A stretch of DNA of 20,000 nt from the IMG/VR virus record IMGVR_UViG_3300020213_000017, one strand, 5' to 3'. A model generated the notes under the pieces. The model was not told the origin of the DNA and ran no database searches. It saw nothing but the letters and a program-made list of their open reading frames with translations. This DNA comes from an uncultured virus (IMG/VR IMGVR_UViG_3300020213_000017) (taxonomy: Duplodnaviria; Heunggongvirae; Uroviricota; Caudoviricetes). The translations under genes and the position numbers were made by a program. Positions 8,710 to 16,912 of the stretch are shown piece after piece (position 1 is the first letter of the stretch; every line of letters starts with the position of its first letter).

Positions 8710-8720
8710 TGATATACACT
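8692..8720 (+). promoter_or_regulatory. sigma70-type promoter, probably producing a leaderless RNase H mRNA
   Basis: TTGAAA (8692-8697), 17 bp spacer, TACACT (8715-8720). The ATG begins 7 nt after the -10 box. No SD. Confidence 0.6.
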
Positions 8721-8726
8721 CTATAG

Positions 8727-9380
8727 ATGCATATAGAAGTATTTACTGACGGGTCTGCTACTACGGCAGACAAACCTGGCGGATATGGGTTTGTGCTGAT
8801 CGTAGATGGTGTAAAACACTCCGAAGGTAATGGCTATATGCCAAACGCCACCAACAATGATGCGGAGATGGAAGCTGTTATTCAAGGGCTTAAGGCCGCT
8901 ATTGACAGGATTATCCTCAGAGTCGGCCCAGTCTTGGGCCTGCTTGAAGTTGCAGGAATAGTACCCCCTGTAGTAACTGTTAAATCAGACTCACAACTTG
9001 TGCTTGGCTGGACTTCTGGCAAATTTTCCTTCAAACAACAAGAAAAAATCGAAAAATACAAAGAACTGCGGGCACTTGTAGATTTTACTAATTGTAAAAC
9101 CGAATGGGTGCGTGGTCACAATGGCAATGAACACAATGAGCGCTGCGATAAGTTAGCAAATTTAGGCCGTTTGCAGCAACAGGAGAAGCTGGACCGTGCA
9201 GATGCTATAGAGCGCGGTGACACCCTGGTAGGAACCAAGAAAACAGGTATACTTTGTGTTTGGTACAAAGGTGTGCTGAAAATTATAGATCTTGACAAAA
9301 ACGTGGTGGAAGACCATAATAGAGATTCTCATGGCGCTCGCGGAGCAGTCTTGGAGATCAAAGAGGATAAACACCGATGA
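8727..9380 (+). CDS. rnhA: ribonuclease HI with C-terminal extension
   Basis: VFTDGS, TNNDAEMEA, KSDSQLV and WVRGHNGNEHNERCDKLA give the full DEDD set. Confidence 0.93.
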   Translation: MHIEVFTDGSATTADKPGGYGFVLIVDGVKHSEGNGYMPNATNNDAEMEAVIQGLKAAIDRIILRVGPVLGLLEVAGIVPPVVTVKSDSQLVLGWTSGKFSFKQQEKIEKYKELRALVDFTNCKTEWVRGHNGNEHNERCDKLANLGRLQQQEKLDRADAIERGDTLVGTKKTGILCVWYKGVLKIIDLDKNVVEDHNRDSHGARGAVLEIKEDKHR

Positions 9381-9859
9381 GTCAAAAACACAAAAAAGAC
9401 GCTGAGAGTATTATAAACAATGCTATAGAAGTTTTCTATCCAGATCTTAAGGTGCGTCCAAATACTGGCAATTATATTCTAAACCAGCTTATGAAAGCTG
9501 GCTATACCAATGATAAGACCATTGTAGATGTAAGTGAAATCCAAGACAAGCTTAAGCAAGCTGTTTTCAAGTGCAGAACCGACACCAATGAGCCCTCTTC
9601 TTTGGTGCCTGATGATATTTCCTTATTGTTTAAAGACCCTGCTTTTACAAAAATTCTTGAGGAATCAAAGGGCGAAAATCAACAACTAAGGGACATTTTA
9701 AACCAACGACCTTTGGTTCACCTGGTATTACCAGGGCTTGACGCACCGTCTCCCTGTGGAAACAGTGACTACAATGCTCCTGTAACTGAACACGATTTTG
9801 AAGTAACATGTCTTGGGTGTAAGACCTGGTTGAAAACGCCAGCAAATCCCAAGGGATAG
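9377..9859 (+). CDS. hypothetical protein with C-terminal H/C...CxxC zinc-binding motif
   Basis: ATGA overlap; gagga SD; VHL...PCG...VTCLGCK. Confidence 0.7.
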   Translation: MSQKHKKDAESIINNAIEVFYPDLKVRPNTGNYILNQLMKAGYTNDKTIVDVSEIQDKLKQAVFKCRTDTNEPSSLVPDDISLLFKDPAFTKILEESKGENQQLRDILNQRPLVHLVLPGLDAPSPCGNSDYNAPVTEHDFEVTCLGCKTWLKTPANPKG

Positions 9860-9890
9860 TTTTATATCGGGTGACGGAAAAGAGGATAAA

Positions 9891-10523
9891 ATGAATTATT
9901 TGATACCACTAGACTCAGAAACAGGCGGCTTAGACGAAAAGAAGGCCGACATGCTCACATTCTATATGTGCGTTGTAGATGAGGACATGAAGATCGTAGA
10001 TGAGCTTAACTTGGCTCTCAAGCCAAATGACGGGCGCATCCCTGTTGCTGAAGCGGGTGCCCTGAGGGTGAATGGTATTAACTTACAGGACCATCTTGCA
10101 CGTCCAGACCTTGTTACGTATGCAGAGGCTAAGGTGTTGATCTTACATTTGCTCAAAAAATACCTCAAGAAGAACGGTCGCTGGTCCAATCTCAAGGTTT
10201 TGGGTCAAAACTATCAATTTGACCTTAATTTTATTTGGGAATATTTGATACCAAAAGACGAGTGGTCCGCCCTGGTACATCATAAAGGCAAAGACACAAT
10301 GCACTGGGCAGAGCTCTTCATCTCTTCAGGATGGTGGCCTTCAACGGCAGCTTCCCTTGGCCCTATCGTGGACTATCTTGGACTGCCTAAGCGCGAAGCT
10401 CACAATGCTAAAGAAGATACCCTAATGTGTTTGGACGTATATAAGGCCGTGCTTGACCTAATGAAATCTAAGAAACAAAACTCTAGTGGGCAAGATATTA
10501 TTGCTCTTTTAGAGGCTGAATGA
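9891..10523 (+). CDS. DEDDh 3'-5' exonuclease (DnaQ/epsilon-like)
   Basis: ExoI LDSETGGLD, ExoII GQNYQFDLNF, ExoIII HNAKEDT; gagga SD. Confidence 0.92.
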   Translation: MNYLIPLDSETGGLDEKKADMLTFYMCVVDEDMKIVDELNLALKPNDGRIPVAEAGALRVNGINLQDHLARPDLVTYAEAKVLILHLLKKYLKKNGRWSNLKVLGQNYQFDLNFIWEYLIPKDEWSALVHHKGKDTMHWAELFISSGWWPSTAASLGPIVDYLGLPKREAHNAKEDTLMCLDVYKAVLDLMKSKKQNSSGQDIIALLEAE

Positions 10524-10705
10524 GCTTGGAAAGCGGCAGTCTATTGACTGTAGAAGATTTAGGTGTTACGATGAAGGTTGTTACGTTTAATGACACTGTG
10601 GCTCATGCTATCCATAAGTATAAAGGTAGGTCTTCTAAACGAAAATTTTCTAATATTATGAAAATGCGTTGGAAAAAGCATTATGAAATCTGGAAAATAA
10701 AATGA
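10520..10705 (+). CDS. small basic hypothetical protein
   Basis: ATGA overlaps at both ends. Confidence 0.65.
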   Translation: MSLESGSLLTVEDLGVTMKVVTFNDTVAHAIHKYKGRSSKRKFSNIMKMRWKKHYEIWKIK

Positions 10706-10899
10706 AATACTTGCTCACAATCCTGCTTTTTACATCATGCTCACCTGTTGAGATTGTCAAGCCAGTTCCTTTGACCCCAGAGATAAACAAGGAAGAGCGT
10801 TGTAGGCGTCAAGCTATCATGGTATGCTATGAGGACAGCGATACTGGGCAAGATGTGTGTCAAAGATATGCCCGCAAAGACTGTATGGATAAAAAATGA
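10702..10899 (+). CDS. putative small Cys-rich lipoprotein
   Basis: MKYLLTILLFTSC: basic N-terminus, hydrophobic core and a lipobox-like FTSC, followed by four more Cys. Confidence 0.65.
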   Translation: MKYLLTILLFTSCSPVEIVKPVPLTPEINKEERCRRQAIMVCYEDSDTGQDVCQRYARKDCMDKK

Positions 10900-11030
10900 A
10901 CACCGCGATGCTCGTGGACATTCTATTGTTGGCTGGAGTATATGCTGGGGTACAGCACTATACAGGTCACCACTGTATAGCGGTATCGGCAATCTGCGCT
11001 TTACTGTTCATTTCCAGCAGGATGTTATGA
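10896..11030 (+). CDS. small membrane protein (44 aa, two hydrophobic segments)
   Basis: Read by hand: MNTAMLVDILLLAGVYAGVQHYTGHHCIAVSAICALLFISSRML. ATGA overlaps at both ends. Confidence 0.65.
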   Translation: MNTAMLVDILLLAGVYAGVQHYTGHHCIAVSAICALLFISSRML

Positions 11031-11284
11031 ACACATGTCCTTTCTGCAAGAAAGAGCTGATTAAATCTGGCGACTTAAGCGAGGATGGTAGTGAGAAATG
11101 TCCTGATAACCATTACTTCTACAGCCACAGCTATGGGTGTCACGAATTGATTTTAGATTTAAGTGGCGACAGAAGCAGTGTTCTAACCTTTGGTTGGCAC
11201 TATTCTGAGCCAGAATATGAAGGAAAAGCGCGTGAAGCTGTGATAAAAGCCTTCATAGACTACGCTGGAGAATTGAAGAAATGA
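11027..11284 (+). CDS. small zinc-ribbon protein (85 aa)
   Basis: Likely start ATG 11027 (ATGA overlap, agga SD). MNTCPFC...KCPDNH gives CxxC...CxxxH. Confidence 0.7.
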   Translation: MNTCPFCKKELIKSGDLSEDGSEKCPDNHYFYSHSYGCHELILDLSGDRSSVLTFGWHYSEPEYEGKAREAVIKAFIDYAGELKK

Positions 11285-11385
11285 AAAGCCGTCCTAGACG
11301 TAATAGAACCTTGGGGTTCTTAAAAACAGATATCACTAAAGAACTGGTTCACAATCTTGTTGAGTATGTTGAGAGGTATTTTTAA
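11281..11385 (+). CDS. 34-aa coupling mini-ORF upstream of the polymerase
   Basis: Read by hand: MKSRPRRNRTLGFLKTDITKELVHNLVEYVERYF. ATGA overlap upstream and TAATG overlap with the dnaE start. Confidence 0.5.
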   Translation: MKSRPRRNRTLGFLKTDITKELVHNLVEYVERYF

Positions 11386-14300
11386 TGCGAGCCTCCCCAC
11401 ATTGCCATGCAGAATCCCCCCTTACCGGATCTACAGTAAAAGCACTTGTCGATAAGGCCAAAGAACTTGGCAGAGATTACTTTGCCTATACTGACCATGG
11501 TCACTTGTCATCTTCCCTGAAAGCAATGGGTTTTTGTAAGCCTGACAAGTCAAAATCAGCAACGGAATCTCAAAAACGCAATATCCAGTTTATTCCTGGT
11601 ATCGAAGTCTATTTCAAAGATTCTAAATGTCCTATCGTAACCGGCTCAGATGCTGATCGGTGTAAGTATTTCACAATCTCGCTATATTGCCATGACCAAA
11701 CTGCATATCAGGAGTTATCTAAACATGTATCAAAAGAACATTTCCCGACCACGCAAATCCGCGAAGAAAAACAACAACTCTGGGCCTGGGCGGATCTTGC
11801 GCACATGGCTCAATTCAATACTTCTGTCGTCCTTGGTGGCCCGCATTGCATCGTTGGGAAGGTTCTTCTAGCGGGAAAGCCTGCTCAGGGTGAGCAGGTA
11901 TTTTTAAAGATTAAGGAAATATTTGGCAATCGCGTCTGGAGTGCCCTTGTTGTAGAGCCAATGTCAAAGAAGTGGCAGAACGTAGTTGAAGTTAAGTTTG
12001 ATGACGGAACATCTACGTCTATGCTTGCGGCTGATATGGTTACGACCAATAAGGCCAGGATGATGAAAGCTAAGGATCTAGAAAGATCTGGACATTTTGT
12101 TTTGATCAACAGCTATTCCAACAAAATGCTTAACGAGGTCAACAAGAAGATCTCTTCCGTAAAGATTCACAAGGGATTTCTGCCTCTTCCAGGCGGCGAT
12201 GCTATCTTGACGGTGAATAAATTCTTAAAAGCCCTTTCTTGGAAGCACGGTGCCAATTTGATGGTGTCCGACTATGCATATTATGCTAGCGCTGGCGACA
12301 AAATCGTACAAACCATGCGCTTAGAAGGCAATGATAATATTCACTCTAGCTTCTATATGAAAACAGCTCAAGAGGTTAGCAATTATCTCACAAACGTAAT
12401 GGGTTTTAACCCAGCATCCGTGGACGGTCTTTTGGCCATGAATGGTCGCTGGGCAGAACAATTCAATGGCCTAACTCTTAAGTACGATTGGCGCTTGGTG
12501 GATTCCACTCCAAATCAGATCAAAAGGGCTATGGAGATCATCCGAGAGAATGGTCGAATGAAATGGGATGATCCAGTTTGGGTTGATCGCTTAAAAGAAG
12601 AAATACAGGTTATTGTAAAGAACCCAAACAAAGATTTGACTGGTTATTTCTTGCCTATTTGCGACATTATGACGCACTACTCTGACAACGGTCAGCTTAC
12701 TGGACCCGCCCGTGGATGCCTTGCCGGTGATACTAAAGTTTTTACGAACAAGGGTCTTAAAAATCTTGAAGATATTACAGTCAATGACATGGTAATTGGA
12801 CATTCTGGAAATTTAAAGCATGTGACAAACACAATGGCTTATGACGTACAGGAAAAACTTCTAGAAATCAAATCAGAGTTCAGTTGGGGAACTATAAAAT
12901 TAACAAAAGATCACAAACTTTTAGGAATAAAAAGACATGAGACTGAGCTCTATAAAAATAGCTCTTCACATAAGAGTAAAATCAGAAGACTTGAATCAGC
13001 GGATATCGACTCAAGAGCTTGGGGCATTGCTGATAATTTTAAAAAAAATGACATGCTTTTTGTTCCCTGGCCCAAAAGAGTTATCAAAACGCTGGACAGG
13101 ATTGATTTGTCCAAATTTTGCAAAAGCAAAATAGTAAAATTAGAAGAAAACAGTTTCTTTTACAGTATGTCAAAGGACAGTTTAAACATATTTGAATGCA
13201 AAAGATGGTTTGAATTTGACGAAATCACCGCAAAAATCATAGGAAGATGGATAGGCAATGGCTGGATCAAGCAGGAAAAAAACCATGCTTGTTGGGGTAT
13301 TGCTTATCACTCCGACGATCTAGACGGAATTAACGAGCTGTCTGAATGGGCAAAAAGTCTCGGATTAAGCGTTTCTTTTGTAAAACACAAAACTAAAAAA
13401 CTGGTTCAAGCCCTTGTGTATGGAGAAACACTGTCGGGCCTGTTCAAACATCTGTTTCCTGAGTACAAATATAAATCACATGCAAAGTATTTGGGTCAAT
13501 TTCTAGATTTAAATGACAGCTTATTGAAAAACCTTTTGATCGGACTTTTCGACGCTGACAGTCACATGTCAAGAAATTTCAAAAGAGGCATTGCTAGAGA
13601 ACATATGCGTTCTACTAGTGATACGATGATTGGAGAGTTAAAACTAGCGCTTCTATATTTAAAGATACCAAGCTCTGTGAATACTAGAAAATCTTACAGA
13701 TACGTGAACTGCGGCAAAATTTGCCGAGAGTCTTATAAGATAACATTTGAAGGATTAAAAACCCCAAAATCCAAAACATTGCTCGAAAATGAAGATGGGT
13801 ATATGGCCAAGATCACTTCTGTTTCAGAGACTTCTGAAAATAGAGTTTTTGACATAACAGTAGAAGATGACCATAGCTATACAACCTCCAACTACGCTGT
13901 TCATAATTCTGCAGGAGGTTCGCTTTTCTGCTATCTATTGGGAATTACACAGGTAAATCCGATAAAATACGGACTTTCTTTCCCTAGGTTTCTGTCCAAT
14001 GATCGTTTGGCCAATGGGGATTATCCTGACGTGGATTCTGATTTTGCGGATAGAGAACTGTTGGTAGGAAAAGATGCTAAATCAGGCTATCTTTATGGTA
14101 AATACGGCAATCGAGCCGCTCAGATCTCTACGCGCCACACTCTGCGCCTAAAATCGACCATTAAGGACACAAACAGGTACTTTAAAGGCAAGGTAGAGCC
14201 AGCAATCGAAAGCCTTACTGACGGCCTTCCAGATCCTCCACAGGGCGTTACAGACTCCCAATTCGTATTTGGTTATGAGAACGATGGCGCTCACGTCCCT

Positions 14301-16145
14301 GGTCTTATTGAGATTTCCGATGAACTTAAAAAGTACGTTACTGAGCGCCCTGAAGAGTGGGCTATCGTATCCAGGGCGATGGGTATTACCAGGGCGTTTT
14401 CTAAGCACGCCTCTGCATTCGTTCTATCTGACATTCCGATTCGAGATATAGTCCCTACCAAAGAGGGTAATATTACGCAGTATGAAGCAAAGGCCTGTGA
14501 ACAAGCTGGTCTTATCAAGTACGACTTTCTCGTAGTTAAGAACTTAAAAGATATTGAAGTTTGCCTAAATCTGATCAACAAAAAACACGGCAAGAAGCCT
14601 AAGACTGGATATTTTACTCACAAGGGCACTGAAACTTACGTTTGGGATTTGCCAGAAGACCTGGAAGCTCACCGATCCATCTGGACTGGTTCTACTGAGA
14701 CTATCTTCCAGATCAGCACCAAGGCAATGATTCCTTTCGTCAAAGAGATCAAGCCTGAGTCAGTTGAAGACATTTCTACCATTCTGGCCCTGGTACGCCC
14801 AGGTCCATTGGATTACATCGACCCTAAAACTGGTCGCTCAATGGCCGAAGAATACTACTGGCGTCGTCAAGGCAGATCTACCCCTGACCTGCCAGAGCTA
14901 GCCGCCCTAATTCCAGAAAGCTACGGCATCATCGTGTTCCAAGAGCAGTCTCTTAAGATCTCGAAAGAGCTTGGCGGTATGACCCCGTCAGATGCTGAGA
15001 AATTACGCCGTCTGTTCTCTAAGAAATTAAAAGTGGAAGCTTTGAACATGAAACCCGTGTTTATGAGCACTGCTGTACCTAAGATTGGCCAAGAGAAGGC
15101 TGATAAGATTTGGGATATGATGGAGACGAGCTCTCGCTACTCTTTTAACAAGTCCCACTCAGTTGCCTATGCTATGATTTCCTACGCCGGAGTGTTCTTG
15201 AAGCATTACTACCCACTAGAGTGGTGGGCAGCAGTTCTAACGAATGCTGATGAAAAAGAAATTACTGGTGAGTTTTGGTCTTACGTAAAAGACCTGATGA
15301 TGCCGCCTGATATCAATCTGTCAACGGACACAATGGTGGTGGATCATAGTCTTGGTAAAATTCGCTCTAAGCTCGGCATTATCCGTGGGCTAGGTGATGC
15401 TACTATCGACCCTATTGTTTCTGGCAGGCCCTATAAGGATATTGCAGATTATGTCAACAAAGAAGTTGCTGGACCTTCGCTTACTCACAAGCTTATCCAT
15501 GTAAACGTTTTAGACAGTCTGTTTCCACCTACTGCTAATTTGGCAGAAAAGCTATTGGCATATGAAAATGCGGTCCAAAATAAAATTTATCGTGACAAGG
15601 TCGCAAAGGCAGAGTCTGAAGGTCGTAAATTCAGAGGATTGGCCCCAACAGGTGCCACATTGCCTGAGAAATACATGAATCTTCATCCCCTGCAAGATGC
15701 TGCTATGCGCAAGAGCGTACTTCCAAGTATGCCTATTGACACTACGTCTTTAGGAGCGAGATTTTCTAAAGTCTTGGTTTCACATGGCAGAGAAATTGTT
15801 GTTATGAGCGCAAATGGACATGAAACCTCTCTTGTAAGCGGCGCGGAGCTAGAACGCCTGGATCTTATTGACCCCTGCAAGGTAACCAAAGATATTTACG
15901 TAGCCGCTACCTGCTATGTAATTGATGCAAAAAAGTTTGACTTTTCTAAAAATACAAAGTCAGCCCTTAAATTGATCTTGGACTGCGATGGCTACATCTC
16001 GGAGAAAGTTCTTTGGCCGCAATACGACAGCGGTATTCTTATTTATCCACCAGAGCTCAAAAAAGGCGCAATAGCAACTTTTTTCTTCAAAAAGCGAGTA
16101 GCTAAAAAAGACATGTCAATTATGAGTGTTACGGTTGAAGGGTGA
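11385..16145 (+). CDS. dnaE: DNA polymerase III alpha subunit (DnaE-type, C family), intein-containing precursor
   Basis: PHP motifs HCH, TDHG, GIE; GPARG/SAGGSL; catalytic YPDVDSDF; SKHASA; GLIKYDFL; ALVRPGP; SYGIIVFQEQ; YSFNKSHSVAY; LKHYYP; HhH IRGLG; probable C-terminal OB fold. Confidence 0.96.
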   Translation: MRASPHCHAESPLTGSTVKALVDKAKELGRDYFAYTDHGHLSSSLKAMGFCKPDKSKSATESQKRNIQFIPGIEVYFKDSKCPIVTGSDADRCKYFTISLYCHDQTAYQELSKHVSKEHFPTTQIREEKQQLWAWADLAHMAQFNTSVVLGGPHCIVGKVLLAGKPAQGEQVFLKIKEIFGNRVWSALVVEPMSKKWQNVVEVKFDDGTSTSMLAADMVTTNKARMMKAKDLERSGHFVLINSYSNKMLNEVNKKISSVKIHKGFLPLPGGDAILTVNKFLKALSWKHGANLMVSDYAYYASAGDKIVQTMRLEGNDNIHSSFYMKTAQEVSNYLTNVMGFNPASVDGLLAMNGRWAEQFNGLTLKYDWRLVDSTPNQIKRAMEIIRENGRMKWDDPVWVDRLKEEIQVIVKNPNKDLTGYFLPICDIMTHYSDNGQLTGPARGCLAGDTKVFTNKGLKNLEDITVNDMVIGHSGNLKHVTNTMAYDVQEKLLEIKSEFSWGTIKLTKDHKLLGIKRHETELYKNSSSHKSKIRRLESADIDSRAWGIADNFKKNDMLFVPWPKRVIKTLDRIDLSKFCKSKIVKLEENSFFYSMSKDSLNIFECKRWFEFDEITAKIIGRWIGNGWIKQEKNHACWGIAYHSDDLDGINELSEWAKSLGLSVSFVKHKTKKLVQALVYGETLSGLFKHLFPEYKYKSHAKYLGQFLDLNDSLLKNLLIGLFDADSHMSRNFKRGIAREHMRSTSDTMIGELKLALLYLKIPSSVNTRKSYRYVNCGKICRESYKITFEGLKTPKSKTLLENEDGYMAKITSVSETSENRVFDITVEDDHSYTTSNYAVHNSAGGSLFCYLLGITQVNPIKYGLSFPRFLSNDRLANGDYPDVDSDFADRELLVGKDAKSGYLYGKYGNRAAQISTRHTLRLKSTIKDTNRYFKGKVEPAIESLTDGLPDPPQGVTDSQFVFGYENDGAHVPGLIEISDELKKYVTERPEEWAIVSRAMGITRAFSKHASAFVLSDIPIRDIVPTKEGNITQYEAKACEQAGLIKYDFLVVKNLKDIEVCLNLINKKHGKKPKTGYFTHKGTETYVWDLPEDLEAHRSIWTGSTETIFQISTKAMIPFVKEIKPESVEDISTILALVRPGPLDYIDPKTGRSMAEEYYWRRQGRSTPDLPELAALIPESYGIIVFQEQSLKISKELGGMTPSDAEKLRRLFSKKLKVEALNMKPVFMSTAVPKIGQEKADKIWDMMETSSRYSFNKSHSVAYAMISYAGVFLKHYYPLEWWAAVLTNADEKEITGEFWSYVKDLMMPPDINLSTDTMVVDHSLGKIRSKLGIIRGLGDATIDPIVSGRPYKDIADYVNKEVAGPSLTHKLIHVNVLDSLFPPTANLAEKLLAYENAVQNKIYRDKVAKAESEGRKFRGLAPTGATLPEKYMNLHPLQDAAMRKSVLPSMPIDTTSLGARFSKVLVSHGREIVVMSANGHETSLVSGAELERLDLIDPCKVTKDIYVAATCYVIDAKKFDFSKNTKSALKLILDCDGYISEKVLWPQYDSGILIYPPELKKGAIATFFFKKRVAKKDMSIMSVTVEG
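12717..13907 (+). mobile_element. 397-aa intein with LAGLIDADG-type endonuclease domain, inserted at RG|S of DnaE
   Basis: Starts CLAGDTKV; block B LTKDHKL; blocks C/E IGRWIGNG and IGLFDADS; block F VFDITVEDDHSY; ends VHN followed by extein Ser. Removing it restores GPARGSAGGS. Confidence 0.95.
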
Positions 16146-16154
16146 TTTTTATCA

Positions 16155-16183
16155 TTGATTTAACATTCCGTCTTGGTTATACT
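16155..16183 (+). promoter_or_regulatory. sigma70-type promoter, probably producing a leaderless subtilase mRNA
   Basis: TTGATT (16155-16160), 17 bp spacer, TATACT (16178-16183). ATG at 16190 begins 7 nt later. No SD. Confidence 0.68.
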
Positions 16184-16189
16184 TTCAAT

Positions 16190-16912
16190 ATGAAGCACGT
16201 ATTTCTTCTTTTATCCCTACTTTTAACCGCTTTCCCAGCTTACGGAAAGACTGTTAGAGTTGGGGTCATCGACACTGGCTTTGGTTGGCACGGTGTGACA
16301 AAGGGCGCAAAGCTCTGCAATTACGGACACAAAGACTTTTCTGGTGATAACGAATACTCTATGAGATTTGGCACAGTAGTCCCGGTCCCATCAGACAGCA
16401 ATGGTCATGGGACTAATATTGCTGGCATTATAACCAAATTTGCTGGCAAGGGCGACTACTGCCTGGTGATCATTAAATATTATAGCAAGAATCTTAAAAA
16501 CAATGAATCAATCGATTCCTCTAATGCTGCGCTACGGCACGCCTTGAACTTGAAATTAGATATGATCAATTATTCTAGCGAAGGCGCTCAAACAAACTAC
16601 AAAGAACAAAAAATAATTGCACGGCTTTTAGGCAATGGTGTTACAATAGTATCTGCGGCTGGGAATTCAGGTGTCGATTTGACTCTGAGTGACGTTTTTC
16701 CAGCGAGCTACGACAAAAGGATTATTGTGGTCGGCGCTCTTGGGCTCAACGGCAAAAAGATGTTTACTTCTAACTACGGCACACCAGTAACTCGATGGGA
16801 GATAGGGGAAAACGTAAAAGGGTGTAATATCAGATTAACAGGCACTAGTCAGGCTACAGCTGTGGCTACAGGAAAGGTACTAAATGAACGTTTTGGACAA
16901 TCAAAAAATTAG
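16190..16912 (+). CDS. secreted subtilisin-like serine protease (peptidase S8), minimal, no prodomain
   Basis: Start revised to 16190 (signal peptide MKHVFLLLSLLLTAFPAYG). Triad VIDTG / NGHGTNIAG / GTSQATA; oxyanion AAGNSG; FPAS and SNYG motifs. Confidence 0.92.
   Translation: MKHVFLLLSLLLTAFPAYGKTVRVGVIDTGFGWHGVTKGAKLCNYGHKDFSGDNEYSMRFGTVVPVPSDSNGHGTNIAGIITKFAGKGDYCLVIIKYYSKNLKNNESIDSSNAALRHALNLKLDMINYSSEGAQTNYKEQKIIARLLGNGVTIVSAAGNSGVDLTLSDVFPASYDKRIIVVGALGLNGKKMFTSNYGTPVTRWEIGENVKGCNIRLTGTSQATAVATGKVLNERFGQSKN

Noticed and set aside
10829..11026. ORF-track 151-aa protein starting at 10829
   Set aside because: The region is better explained by the coupled 10896-11030 ORF and a start at 11027.
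10702..11030. Spanin/holin lysis cassette
   Set aside because: No endolysin or inner-membrane spanin is nearby, and the context is replication genes.
15135..15165. Split or second intein at the cyanobacterial DnaE site (Y|xFNKSH)
   Set aside because: SRYSFNKSH is uninterrupted and the gene is continuous.
80..15889. Other short minus-strand and nested plus-strand ORFs in the track
   Set aside because: They lie within well-supported plus-strand genes and show no motifs or start signals.
16142..16189. ORF-track GTG start for the subtilase
   Set aside because: The extension overlaps a good promoter, and the signal peptide begins at ATG 16190.
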